Source of the DNA: Psychrobacter sp. HD31
GTDB taxonomy: Bacteria > Pseudomonadota > Gammaproteobacteria > Pseudomonadales > Moraxellaceae
Reading direction: 5' to 3'
Length of the DNA stretch: 32,000 nt
Assembly (NCBI RefSeq): GCF_051097895.1
Contig: NZ_CP142525.1
Span: 930,001 to 962,000 of the forward strand
Shown: piece after piece, positions 8,725 to 17,443 of the stretch
Layout: every line of letters begins with the position of its first letter
Position numbering within the stretch: position 1 is the first letter of the stretch
Program-made: the position numbers and the translations under genes
The notes under the pieces: model-generated
Databases searched by the model: none
What the model saw: the letters and a program-made list of their open reading frames with translations, nothing else
What the model was told of the DNA's origin: nothing

Positions 8725-8970
8725 AAGAGTTATTTCTATTTACCTATTGATTTGTTAGGTACTTTTGTTTTATTATTTTTAACACTTTTTTTGCAAAAAG
8801 GTAGTTTTTGAGCATTATATTTCAAGGATAGTATTTTTCAAAAGGAAATGTTCAAGCTACTACCACATACCTATTTTTGCTTATCGGCTTAAGTATCATA
8901 CTTGAGCACTAAAGCATTTTCATGGATATTTATTTGTAAAATTTTTTATATTTCACAAGGAGAAAGGATC

Positions 8971-10467
8971 ATGAGTGAAAAAGACCTTGAGCAAAACGTC
9001 AACTCGATGTTTTCTAATACAAAGGCTTTCTTTTCGTTAGCTGCTATCATCGCTGTTTATATTGCCTTTTTAATTATTTCAAGAACACACGAAGCCGATA
9101 CCCCCTGGGGTATGTACTCTTTACTACCCACCCTATTAGTCTTAGTAGCTGCAATTGTTACAAGAAGACCATTTGAATCTATGATTGCTGGCTGTGTTGC
9201 TGGTTTAGTTATGCTAAATCCATTTGATTTGGTATCCCCCTTTTCTGGAAAAATTTCTGAAGTTTTGGGTGACGAAACCATTGTATGGATTATCCTAGTT
9301 TGTGGCTTAATGGGTGGTTTTATCCAACTGTTAGAAATGAGTGGTTGCTTAAATGGCTTTAGTGAATTTTTGAAAAAGATTATCAAAAATCGCCGTCAAT
9401 CTATGGTGTCTACAGCGATTTTAGGTTTAATCATTTTTATTGATGATTACTTAAACTGTCTTGCCGTTTCTACTTCGGTTAAAAAACTAACCGACTATTA
9501 TCAAGTTTCGCGTGAAAAACTTGCCTATATCGTTGACTCAACCGCCGCTCCAATGTGTATTATTGTACCTATCTCTACTTGGGCAGTTTTCTTTTCTGGT
9601 TTATTAGAAGAAAATGGGGTTGCAGAAGAAGGCACAGGCATGCTCACTTATATTAGTGCGATTCCTTACATGGCTTATGCTTGGTTTGCATTATTAATTG
9701 TATTTTTAGTTGCTTTTGGTATTTTTGGTGACTGGGGTCCAATGAAAAAAGCTGAAGCACGTGCTAAGCAAGGGCAACCAATCCCTGATGGTGTAGCTGC
9801 CGAAGACTTAGTCAGCCAGCATAAAGCAAAAAAAGAAGTGTCATTTGGCCGTAACATCTTTAACTTTGCCTTCCCTATGTTGTTGTTAATTGCTTCTACC
9901 ATTTATTTTGAGGTAGATCTATTACAAGGTGCTTTATTAACCTGTTTTGTTACGGTTATTTTGTACTGGGCACAGGGCATCTTAAATTTTGAAGATCAAG
10001 TAGAAGGTATCTTTAAAGGCTTTAAAGTAATGCTTTACCCTCTATCTACAGTTGTGGGTGGCTTCTTCCTAAAGTCAATTAATGACGATTTAGGAATGAC
10101 AACCTTTATTATTGAAACCATTGCACCGCACATGACAGCAGCGACCTTCCCTGCCGTTATCTTTGCAGTCATGGCATTTTTAACATTTGCTACTTCTTCT
10201 AGTTGGGGTCTATACGTTATTGCGATGCCAATCGTATTCCCAGTAGCGGCAACCTTAGGTGTTAGTACGCCTCTTATGATTGGTGCTTTACTTTCTGCAT
10301 CTTCATTTGGTAGCCATGCCTGTTTCTTTAGTGATTCATCACTACTGGCAGCACAAGGTGCTGGTTGTACACCAATGCAACATGCTTTCACTCAGTTCCC
10401 ATATGCTTTATTTGGTGCTGTTTTAGCAGTCATTACCTTTGTTATACTAGGTAGCACAATGGCTTAA
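8971..10467 (+). CDS. NhaC-family (Na+/H+ antiporter-like) membrane transporter
   Basis: 498 aa counted from the ATG at 8971, which has SD AAGGAG. It is polytopic and hydrophobic throughout. The layout is typical of the NhaC family (LLPTLLVLVAAIVTRRP..., IFIDDYLNCLAV, DSTAAPMCIIVPISTW, SSFGSHACFFSDSS). Confidence 0.75.
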   Translation: MSEKDLEQNVNSMFSNTKAFFSLAAIIAVYIAFLIISRTHEADTPWGMYSLLPTLLVLVAAIVTRRPFESMIAGCVAGLVMLNPFDLVSPFSGKISEVLGDETIVWIILVCGLMGGFIQLLEMSGCLNGFSEFLKKIIKNRRQSMVSTAILGLIIFIDDYLNCLAVSTSVKKLTDYYQVSREKLAYIVDSTAAPMCIIVPISTWAVFFSGLLEENGVAEEGTGMLTYISAIPYMAYAWFALLIVFLVAFGIFGDWGPMKKAEARAKQGQPIPDGVAAEDLVSQHKAKKEVSFGRNIFNFAFPMLLLIASTIYFEVDLLQGALLTCFVTVILYWAQGILNFEDQVEGIFKGFKVMLYPLSTVVGGFFLKSINDDLGMTTFIIETIAPHMTAATFPAVIFAVMAFLTFATSSSWGLYVIAMPIVFPVAATLGVSTPLMIGALLSASSFGSHACFFSDSSLLAAQGAGCTPMQHAFTQFPYALFGAVLAVITFVILGSTMA

Positions 10468-10493
10468 TTGGCATATTATGCTTTGAATCTAAT

Positions 10494-10533
10494 ATACGCC
10501 AGTTAAGTGTTATATTTAACTGGCGTATTTATT
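10494..10533 (+). terminator. Rho-independent terminator after the NhaC-family gene
   Basis: ATACGCCAGTTAA-gtgttatat-TTAACTGGCGTAT, a 13-bp perfect stem, followed by TTTATT. Confidence 0.7.
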
Positions 10534-10595
10534 CATATTAAGTCAACATACTTTAATATTTAAAACATCAAGTCCATCCTAAAAAGGATAGTAAA

Positions 10596-11975
10596 ATGAG
10601 ACCATATCAAGTAACCAATCCCGCAACCGGACAAGTTGTAGAGACCTTTGATAATGCAACCAATGAGCAAGTTCAAAGTACTATCGAATCTGCCCATAAT
10701 GCTTATCAAAGCTGGAAGAATACAACGCTTAGTGAACGCAAACAACTATTATTAGCCATTGCTGATGGCTACAAGCAAAACAAGCAAAAACTTGCCGAGA
10801 TAGTCACTGAAGAAATGGGAAAGCCTATCCGTGCCGCTTTGGGTGAAGTTAGCTTTGCTGCCCACATTATCAAGTACTATGCCAATAATGCCGAAAAAAT
10901 GCTGGCTGACGATACAATTGAAGTAAATGAGGGTAGTGCAAAAATCATTAAACGCCCACTTGGTGTGCTTTATAGCATCATGCCCTGGAACTATCCACAT
11001 TATCAAGTCGTGCGTTTTTTAGCCCCTAACCTCATGGCTGGTAACACCATGATTTTAAAACATGCCGAGCAGTGCCCAAAAACAGCACTCGCCATTGAAG
11101 AAATTGTATTGGCGGCTGGCGTACCAAAGGGCGTATATAACAATATTTTTGCAAGTATTGAGCAATCAGCAGATATAATTAATGACAGCCGAGTTCAAGG
11201 AGTTTCTTTAACAGGGTCTGAACGTGCGGGAGCATCAGTTGCTGCAACGGCTGGGGCTGCACTTAAAAAAGTAGTTCTAGAACTTGGAGGTTCTGATCCC
11301 TATATTGTGATGCCAGATGCAAATTTAGAAGATGCCGTAAAATATGCCATCAGTGGGCGTTATGGTAATTGTGGTCAGGCTTGCAATGCTGCCAAACGCT
11401 TTATCATTATGGCAGATATTTATGATGCCTTTATGGATAAGTTTATTCCAGCAGTTAAAGCCATCACGCCTGCCGACCCACTTCTTGACGATACTTTTAT
11501 GGGTCCTGTATCTTCTAACTTAGCCGCAAAAGGACTACAAAAGCAGGTTGATTCAGCCATTCAGCAAGGCGCCACTGTACTGGTTGATGGTGGTATGCGT
11601 GCTGATAATAGTGATAACACCGCTTGGTTTGATCCAATGGTTCTTACCGATGTAACCTCTGATATGGATGTATACCATCAAGAGTTGTTTGGACCTGTTG
11701 CGGTCGTGCATAAGGTAAATACAATAGATGAGGCAATTTCACTTGCTAATGATGCCCCCTATGGGCTGGGAGCATCTATCCATACCACAAATCAAGAGAC
11801 GATTGACTATTTGTCTGAAAAACTTGAAGTTGGTATGGTAACTGTTAATGCTGACTCTGCCTCCGAAGCAGAGACCCCTTTTGGTGGTGTTAAAATTTCT
11901 GGCTTTGGTAGAGAGTTGGGTGAGCTGGGTATTGGTGAGTTTTTAAACTATAAACTAATCCGTGATAAAAGCTGA
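10596..11975 (+). CDS. sad: NAD(P)-dependent succinate-semialdehyde/aldehyde dehydrogenase, Sad (YneI)-type
   Basis: 459 aa. It is collinear with E. coli YneI as I recall it: NPATGQ, IMPWNYP, LKHA, TGSERAG, LELGGSDP, GQACNAAKRF (catalytic Cys), EELFGPV, FGGVKISGFGRE. SD AAGGA. Confidence 0.8.
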   Translation: MRPYQVTNPATGQVVETFDNATNEQVQSTIESAHNAYQSWKNTTLSERKQLLLAIADGYKQNKQKLAEIVTEEMGKPIRAALGEVSFAAHIIKYYANNAEKMLADDTIEVNEGSAKIIKRPLGVLYSIMPWNYPHYQVVRFLAPNLMAGNTMILKHAEQCPKTALAIEEIVLAAGVPKGVYNNIFASIEQSADIINDSRVQGVSLTGSERAGASVAATAGAALKKVVLELGGSDPYIVMPDANLEDAVKYAISGRYGNCGQACNAAKRFIIMADIYDAFMDKFIPAVKAITPADPLLDDTFMGPVSSNLAAKGLQKQVDSAIQQGATVLVDGGMRADNSDNTAWFDPMVLTDVTSDMDVYHQELFGPVAVVHKVNTIDEAISLANDAPYGLGASIHTTNQETIDYLSEKLEVGMVTVNADSASEAETPFGGVKISGFGRELGELGIGEFLNYKLIRDKS

Positions 11976-12004
11976 TTCGCTTTGCTATTTTGATTTATAT
12001 ACTT

Positions 12005-12041
12005 AAAAAAGGCACTCATAATTATATGAGTGCCTTTTTTT
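12005..12041. terminator. Bidirectional rho-independent terminator between sad and the APC permease
   Basis: AAAAAA-GGCACTCATA-atta-TATGAGTGCC-TTTTTTT. Confidence 0.85.
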
Positions 12042-12089
12042 GTATTAATAATCTTTGTATCAGTAATTAATTATTTAAGTTAAATAAGC

Positions 12090-13559
12090 TTACTTATGTT
12101 CAAATGCCTTACTGGTAGGTAATCCATGATCTGCAAGCCATTGCTGGTTTTCTGCTTTAATCGCATTAATTTCTTCATCCATAAACTCTTTACACTTACC
12201 TGGTGCTTTTGCTAATGCCATCACATACAATATTAAACCAAGTACCATCCAACCAGCAAAAATAGCCCACTCAACAGGCACTAACGCCGCTGGGCTACCA
12301 GGCAAGTACATGTACAATAAAGCAAAGCTTAAAATTAAGGTAATCACACCAATTAATTTACCTGCTGGCAACACAAACGGGCGTACCATATCTGGCTCTT
12401 TAAAACGCAATACTAAAAATGCTAATGCCACACAAGTATAAGCAATAACAATACCAAAGCCACCTGCATCAACAATCCAAACCAACATTTTACGACCAAA
12501 TAATGGGGCAATTGTTGCCAAAAGACCAATCAATAAAATCGCATAAACGGGTGTATTGTATTTTGGGTGTACTTTTGCCAAAGAGTTAGGGAGCATATGC
12601 CCTTTTGCCATGGCATACATTAAGCGGCTACCACCCACTAAAAATGAGTTCCAGCTAGATAAAATACCCAAAACGCCGCCTAGTACAAGTAAGTTACCCG
12701 CCCATTTACCATTCCACGCATTTGCCATTGCATCGGCCGTTGCAAGAGAAGAATTTTGAGCCTGTTCAAACGTTAAAGTCTGCCCAACACTCCAAGCGAT
12801 ACCCATGTACCAAAGTACAGCAATAACCAATGAGATAATTAAAAACATGGCTATTTTAGGGCGAGTTAAATCAATCTCTTCTGCCGCTTGCGGAATTACA
12901 TCAAACCCAACAAACATAAATGGCACCATAACAATAACTGTCATAATCCCTGCTGTGCCATCAATAAAACTAGGGGCTTTAAGGCTTGCAAAGCTGGCAT
13001 CAGGATTAAATAATAAAGCACCAATAAACAGCATAATACCAACAATGGCAATACCTGTTACTGCAATTTTTTGGAACAATGCGCTTACTTTCAAGCCAAC
13101 AATATTAAGCCAAGTTACGGCAATTGATCCAACCATACCAACAAGTACCCAAGTGGCATAAACATCCCACCCTGCTACATTGTACATAAACCCTTGGTTA
13201 TAATTGGGGATAAAATATTCAATCACTGTAGGTAGGGCTACAGCTTCAAATGCCACAACCGAGATATAACCAAACAAAATGCTCCATGAGCATAAAAATG
13301 ACATATGCGTCCCCATTGCCCTGTGGGTATAAATATGTTCACCCCCAGTAATTGGCATAGAGGCTGCTAGCTCAGCATACGTCAGCCCAATCATAATAAC
13401 GGCAATACCACCCAATAAAAATGCCAGTACTGCCCCCATCACACCTGCTGATTGCACCCAACTACCTGCTAGTACAACCCAGCCCCAACCAACCATTGCA
13501 CCAAATGCCAATGCAACGATATCTAGGGTATTTAACGACTTATTTAATTTATTTGACAT
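12090..13559 (-). CDS. APC-superfamily amino acid/polyamine permease
   Basis: 489 aa with about 12 TM helices. The N-terminus LDIVALAFGAMVGWGWVVLAG is typical of APC permeases. SD GAGGGA. The substrate (GABA, putrescine or 5-aminovalerate) is not deducible from sequence. Confidence 0.8.
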   Translation of the reverse strand: MSNKLNKSLNTLDIVALAFGAMVGWGWVVLAGSWVQSAGVMGAVLAFLLGGIAVIMIGLTYAELAASMPITGGEHIYTHRAMGTHMSFLCSWSILFGYISVVAFEAVALPTVIEYFIPNYNQGFMYNVAGWDVYATWVLVGMVGSIAVTWLNIVGLKVSALFQKIAVTGIAIVGIMLFIGALLFNPDASFASLKAPSFIDGTAGIMTVIVMVPFMFVGFDVIPQAAEEIDLTRPKIAMFLIISLVIAVLWYMGIAWSVGQTLTFEQAQNSSLATADAMANAWNGKWAGNLLVLGGVLGILSSWNSFLVGGSRLMYAMAKGHMLPNSLAKVHPKYNTPVYAILLIGLLATIAPLFGRKMLVWIVDAGGFGIVIAYTCVALAFLVLRFKEPDMVRPFVLPAGKLIGVITLILSFALLYMYLPGSPAALVPVEWAIFAGWMVLGLILYVMALAKAPGKCKEFMDEEINAIKAENQQWLADHGLPTSKAFEHK

Positions 13560-13581
13560 GTAAGTTCCCTCTTAACTATAC

Positions 13582-13628
13582 AAAATAAAAAAGCGTAGGT
13601 AACTGCGGATTAAAGCCTTTACCTACGC
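13582..13628 (-). terminator. Rho-independent terminator between gabT and the permease gene
   Basis: The minus strand reads GCGTAGGTAA-16 nt loop-TTACCTACGC followed by TTTTTTATTTTG. The stem is a perfect 10 bp. Confidence 0.7.
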
Positions 13629-13652
13629 CAGAAAAACAATCTAACAAATCAA

Positions 13653-14903
13653 TTATAGGCAAGACTTAATAATTTCCAGAGCCTCATCTAGGATTTCTTC
13701 TTCGACTGTTAACGGTACCATCACGCGGATAGAGTTAAAATACATACCGCAAGATGCTAAAAGCAGTCCTTTTTCAAACGCGGCGGCTTTTAACGCATTG
13801 GTTGCATCAGCATCTGGATTGCCATCTGCATCTACTAAATCAAATGCAAGCATTGCGCCTTTGTAACGAATATTCGCGATTTGCGGTAAATTTAAATCTT
13901 TTAAAAAGTTACCAATCTTTTCACCAATGTGTTTACTACGCTCAAGTAAGTTCTCTTCATCAATGACTTCAAGCACTTTTAGTGCAGCTGTTGTACCCAA
14001 TGGGCTACCCGCATATGTGCCACCCAAGCCACCTGGCTGTGCTGCATCCATAACGTCTGCTTTACCAATTAAGGCTGAGATAGGATAACCACCTGCCAAA
14101 CTTTTAGCAGAAGTCATTAAATCTGGCTCAACGCCGAGTTGTTCGGTCGCAAATAATGTCCCTGTACGACCAAAGCCACACTGTACTTCATCAAAGATAA
14201 GCATAATGCCATGCTCATCACAAATTTCACGCAGCTTTTTAGCATAAGATGGTGTTAACTGATGAAAACCACCCTCGCCCTGAACTGGTTCAACAATCAT
14301 TGCGGCCACTTCTGAAGGGTCGATGTCACATTTAAAGATCATTTTTAAATCTTCTAGTGCCTCTTCTTCAGTAATCTTATTAGCAGGGCATGGGAATGCA
14401 GCGTGATAGATAGACGCAGGCATTGGACCAAAGTTCTTTTTGTATGGCATGACTTTGCCAGTTAATCCCAATGCTAATAGCGTACGGCCATGCCAACCAC
14501 CACGGAATGCGATAACACCTGGGCGACCTGTTTTTGCACGCGCAATTTTGATCGCATTCTCTACGGTTTCTGCACCTGTGGTTAATAAAAATGCTTTTGC
14601 ATTCTCAATCGGTGCTCTTTTACACAACTCTTCACAAAGCTGAACATAGCTTTCATAACTGGCGATTTGACCAGCAGTATGTGAAAAGTTTTGGATTTGC
14701 TCACTCACTGCCGCAGTAATTTTTGGATGCGTGTGACCTGTATTAAGTACACCAATACCAGCAACAAAGTCGATGTAACGGTTGCCATCAACATCCCAAA
14801 TTTCACTATTTTTTGCTTTTTGCGCAAAAATTGGAAACGCAATGCCAAGACCTTTTGGCAGTACTTTTAAACGACGCTCTAATAGCGCTTTATTTGTGCT
14901 CAT
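13653..14903 (-). CDS. gabT: 4-aminobutyrate (or 5-aminovalerate) aminotransferase, class III PLP enzyme
   Basis: 416 aa with GabT-type motifs: DFVAGIGVLNTGHTHP, FRGGWHGRT, LIFDEVQCGFGRTG, and TSAKSLAGG carrying the PLP Lys. Confidence 0.92.
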   Translation of the reverse strand: MSTNKALLERRLKVLPKGLGIAFPIFAQKAKNSEIWDVDGNRYIDFVAGIGVLNTGHTHPKITAAVSEQIQNFSHTAGQIASYESYVQLCEELCKRAPIENAKAFLLTTGAETVENAIKIARAKTGRPGVIAFRGGWHGRTLLALGLTGKVMPYKKNFGPMPASIYHAAFPCPANKITEEEALEDLKMIFKCDIDPSEVAAMIVEPVQGEGGFHQLTPSYAKKLREICDEHGIMLIFDEVQCGFGRTGTLFATEQLGVEPDLMTSAKSLAGGYPISALIGKADVMDAAQPGGLGGTYAGSPLGTTAALKVLEVIDEENLLERSKHIGEKIGNFLKDLNLPQIANIRYKGAMLAFDLVDADGNPDADATNALKAAAFEKGLLLASCGMYFNSIRVMVPLTVEEEILDEALEIIKSCL

Positions 14904-14960
14904 AAAAATATCCTTTTATTTCGTAATTTTTAAATTAAACCTTGATAAAATCAAAACAAC

Positions 14961-16415
14961 TTATTTAACGTCTTGACACCAGTATTTGGTGCTAACGTAT
15001 TCTTCAATACCATATTTAGAGCCTTCACGCCCAAAACCAGACTGTTTAACACCGCCAAATGGCGCAACCTCAGTTGATAGTAACCCTGTATTTTGAGCAA
15101 CCATGCCATACTCTAGCCCTTCACTAACTTTCCATGAACGAGCCATATTGTTTGTATAAAAATATGCTGCCAGTCCATAAATAGTATTGTTAGCGTGTTC
15201 AATAACTTCTTCAGCAGTTTCAAAAATAAATACTGGTGCAATGGGTCCAAAAATTTCTTCACTCGCAATGTCCATTGCTGGCGTAATGTCGGTAATAACC
15301 GTTGGGTTAAAGCTAAGGTCAGAGGCACTGTTTTGGTCCCCACCTGCTACTAAGGTTGCCCCTTTATCAATCGCATCTTGCAATAATGCTTGCACTTTTT
15401 CTAAAGCCGATTGATTAACAAGCGGACCAACCTCTGTCTCTTCATGTAGTCCGTCACCTACTTTTAGAGCATTTACTTTTTGCGTAAAAATCTCTAAAAA
15501 TTTGTCTTTAACGCTTGACTGCACATACACACGATTAGCACAAACGCAAGTTTGACCAGCATTACGGTATTTTGAAGCAATTAAGCCCTCAGCCGCTTTT
15601 TCTAAATCTGCATCATCAAACACAATAAATGGGGCATTACCACCAAGCTCCATGCTCAATTTTTTAACCGTGCTTGAGCATTCTTCCATCAAGATACGAC
15701 CCACTTCGGTTGAACCAGTAAATGAGAGTTTATGCACTCGCTTATCTTTGGTTAAAGCTTTACCAATCACTGACGACTTACCTGTAATCACCTGAAAAAC
15801 ACCAGCAGGAATGCCTGCCTGCAAAGCAAGCTCAGCTAAAGCTAAAGCAGAATAAGGTGTTTCGGTCGCTGGTCTTACAACCATAGTACAGCCTGCTGCC
15901 AATGCGGGTGCAGCTTTACGAGTAATCATTGCAGATGGGAAGTTCCACGGAGTGATTGCGGCACAAACACCGACAGGTTGTTTTAAAACAACATAGCGTA
16001 AATCTGGATTTGCTGCTGGGATAACATCGCCATAAACGCGTTTTGCTTCTTCTGCAAACCAGCGTACAAAACTGTTGGCATAAGCAATTTCACCACGCGA
16101 CTCTTTTAGTGGCTTACCTTGCTCGGTTGTCATAATCACAGCTAGGTCTTCTTGGTTTTCATCAATCAAATCAGCCCACTTATTAAGTAAGTCACTACGC
16201 TGTTTGGCTGTCATTTTAGCCCAACTATGCTGAGCACTATCCGCACACTCAACTGCTTTTGTGGCTTCCTCAAAACTTAAGTTGGGGATGGTACCAATTT
16301 TTGTTCCGTTAAATGGGTTAGTTACATCAGTGGTGTCGCCACTTGCGGCATTTTGCCATTCGTTATTAATAAAACAGGCGGTTTTAAATAATGCTGGGTT
16401 CTTTAGATTCTGCAT
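14961..16415 (-). CDS. gabD: Succinate-semialdehyde (or glutarate-semialdehyde) dehydrogenase, GabD-type
   Basis: 484 aa. Motifs are ITPWNFP, FTGSTEVG, MELGGNAP, GQTCVCANR (catalytic Cys), EEIFGP and FGGVKQSGFGREG. SD AAGGATGG. Confidence 0.9.
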   Translation of the reverse strand: MQNLKNPALFKTACFINNEWQNAASGDTTDVTNPFNGTKIGTIPNLSFEEATKAVECADSAQHSWAKMTAKQRSDLLNKWADLIDENQEDLAVIMTTEQGKPLKESRGEIAYANSFVRWFAEEAKRVYGDVIPAANPDLRYVVLKQPVGVCAAITPWNFPSAMITRKAAPALAAGCTMVVRPATETPYSALALAELALQAGIPAGVFQVITGKSSVIGKALTKDKRVHKLSFTGSTEVGRILMEECSSTVKKLSMELGGNAPFIVFDDADLEKAAEGLIASKYRNAGQTCVCANRVYVQSSVKDKFLEIFTQKVNALKVGDGLHEETEVGPLVNQSALEKVQALLQDAIDKGATLVAGGDQNSASDLSFNPTVITDITPAMDIASEEIFGPIAPVFIFETAEEVIEHANNTIYGLAAYFYTNNMARSWKVSEGLEYGMVAQNTGLLSTEVAPFGGVKQSGFGREGSKYGIEEYVSTKYWCQDVK

Positions 16416-16447
16416 GACATTTCCATCCTTGACTTTATAGGGGATAT

Positions 16448-16467
16448 TTGTTCATAATACTGAACAA
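16448..16467. repeat. Inverted repeat TTGTTCA-N6-TGAACAA in the gabD leader, a candidate operator
   Basis: TTGTTCA-taatac-TGAACAA, 33 bp upstream of the gabD ATG and downstream of the predicted gabD promoter. Confidence 0.55.
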
Positions 16468-16491
16468 TAATTCTTTATATAGAACATAAAG

Positions 16492-16521
16492 GATTATAAG
16501 ATTTGTGACATTAATTTGACA
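16492..16521 (-). promoter_or_regulatory. Possible sigma70 promoter for gabD-gabT
   Basis: The minus strand reads TTGTCA-18 nt-TATAAT. Its -35 element overlaps a plus-strand TTGACA (16515..16520) that could serve the divergent IclR gene. Confidence 0.45.
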
Positions 16522-16579
16522 AGTATTATTTAACCAAATTGTAAACTTTTTTTTATTAACGCTTTTAGAGCCGTAAAAT

Positions 16580-17374
16580 ATGACAACCAAGCAAACAAAG
16601 AACACCTCAAATAGCAGTAATGTACCTGCATTAGACAAAGCATTTTTGATTTTAGATTACCTAACCGCAATAAATCAGCCTGTTTCTGCTTCACAAATAG
16701 CCAAAGACTTAAATATGGCACGTAGCAGTACGCACAACTTATTAAGTACTATGACCAATAAAGGGGTACTACACAAAGATGCCCATAACCTATTTACGCT
16801 GGGTTCATACTTATTGTATTGGTCGGGTAAATTTCAGTCTCAGCAAGATATTATTTCGTTATTTCATGAAACCATGACTCAATTCCCTTTTTTGATGGAA
16901 CAAACTGTCACCCTCTCAAGCTTAGATGAACAAACTGGAGAAGTGGTTTTTTTAGCCTGCCATGAAAGCCCTGCCCCACTTGGGTTTACTTTTCGTCCGG
17001 GTATCCGTGTTCCTGCCACCTTCTCGGCATCGGGTAAAGCCATGCTGTCAACTTTTGAAATTGAAGAAATAAAAGCCATGTATGCTCATGCCATGCCTAA
17101 GGCATTAACACCTTACAGTGTGACAAATTTTGAGCAACTAGAAGAAGAGCTAATTAAAGTAAGAGCTGACAAAACCTCATTGGATGATGGTCAGTTACGT
17201 GAAGGTATGTATTGTGTTGGCACCCATATTTTAGACAATACAGGCAAGCCCATTGCAGGCGTTGCTGTTAGTTTTGTAAAAACCGAATATGAAAAAAAAC
17301 GGATAAAAACCAGCAAAGCATTAGTGGCACTTGCTATACTTATAGAGCAGCGCATTAGTTTTAAAAAAAGCTAA
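16580..17374 (+). CDS. IclR-family transcriptional regulator
   Basis: 264 aa. The N-terminal winged HTH is ALDKAFLILDYLTAINQPVSASQIAKDLNMARSSTHNLLSTM. The C-terminal effector domain is IclR-like (SASGKAML..., REGMYCVGTHI). Confidence 0.85.
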   Translation: MTTKQTKNTSNSSNVPALDKAFLILDYLTAINQPVSASQIAKDLNMARSSTHNLLSTMTNKGVLHKDAHNLFTLGSYLLYWSGKFQSQQDIISLFHETMTQFPFLMEQTVTLSSLDEQTGEVVFLACHESPAPLGFTFRPGIRVPATFSASGKAMLSTFEIEEIKAMYAHAMPKALTPYSVTNFEQLEEELIKVRADKTSLDDGQLREGMYCVGTHILDNTGKPIAGVAVSFVKTEYEKKRIKTSKALVALAILIEQRISFKKS

Positions 17375-17443
17375 CATCGGCATTAGCCCCCATTTAAAAC
17401 CAACTAAACAAATATTTAAAAAATAATATAGCAACGTATAAAA

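Noticed and set aside
8780-8795. Sigma54-like element TAACAC-N5-TTGCA upstream of the NhaC-family gene.
   Set aside because: It lacks the invariant GG at -24 (it has AA instead). Other TGGCA-containing strings in the window (5942, 8473, 17217, 20955, 28580) lack a correctly spaced GC at -12 or lie inside genes.
12805-13161. 118-aa plus-strand ORF inside the APC permease gene. Similar antisense ORFs occur in the NhaC-family, gabT, gabD and acyl-CoA synthetase genes.
   Set aside because: These are antisense shadows of hydrophobic or GC-richer coding regions. No start signals or family resemblance are present.
16435-16721. Two minus-strand ORFs of about 65 aa across the gabD/IclR intergenic region and the IclR gene start.
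   Set aside because: Same reasoning as above. They overlap a predicted promoter region and a supported CDS.
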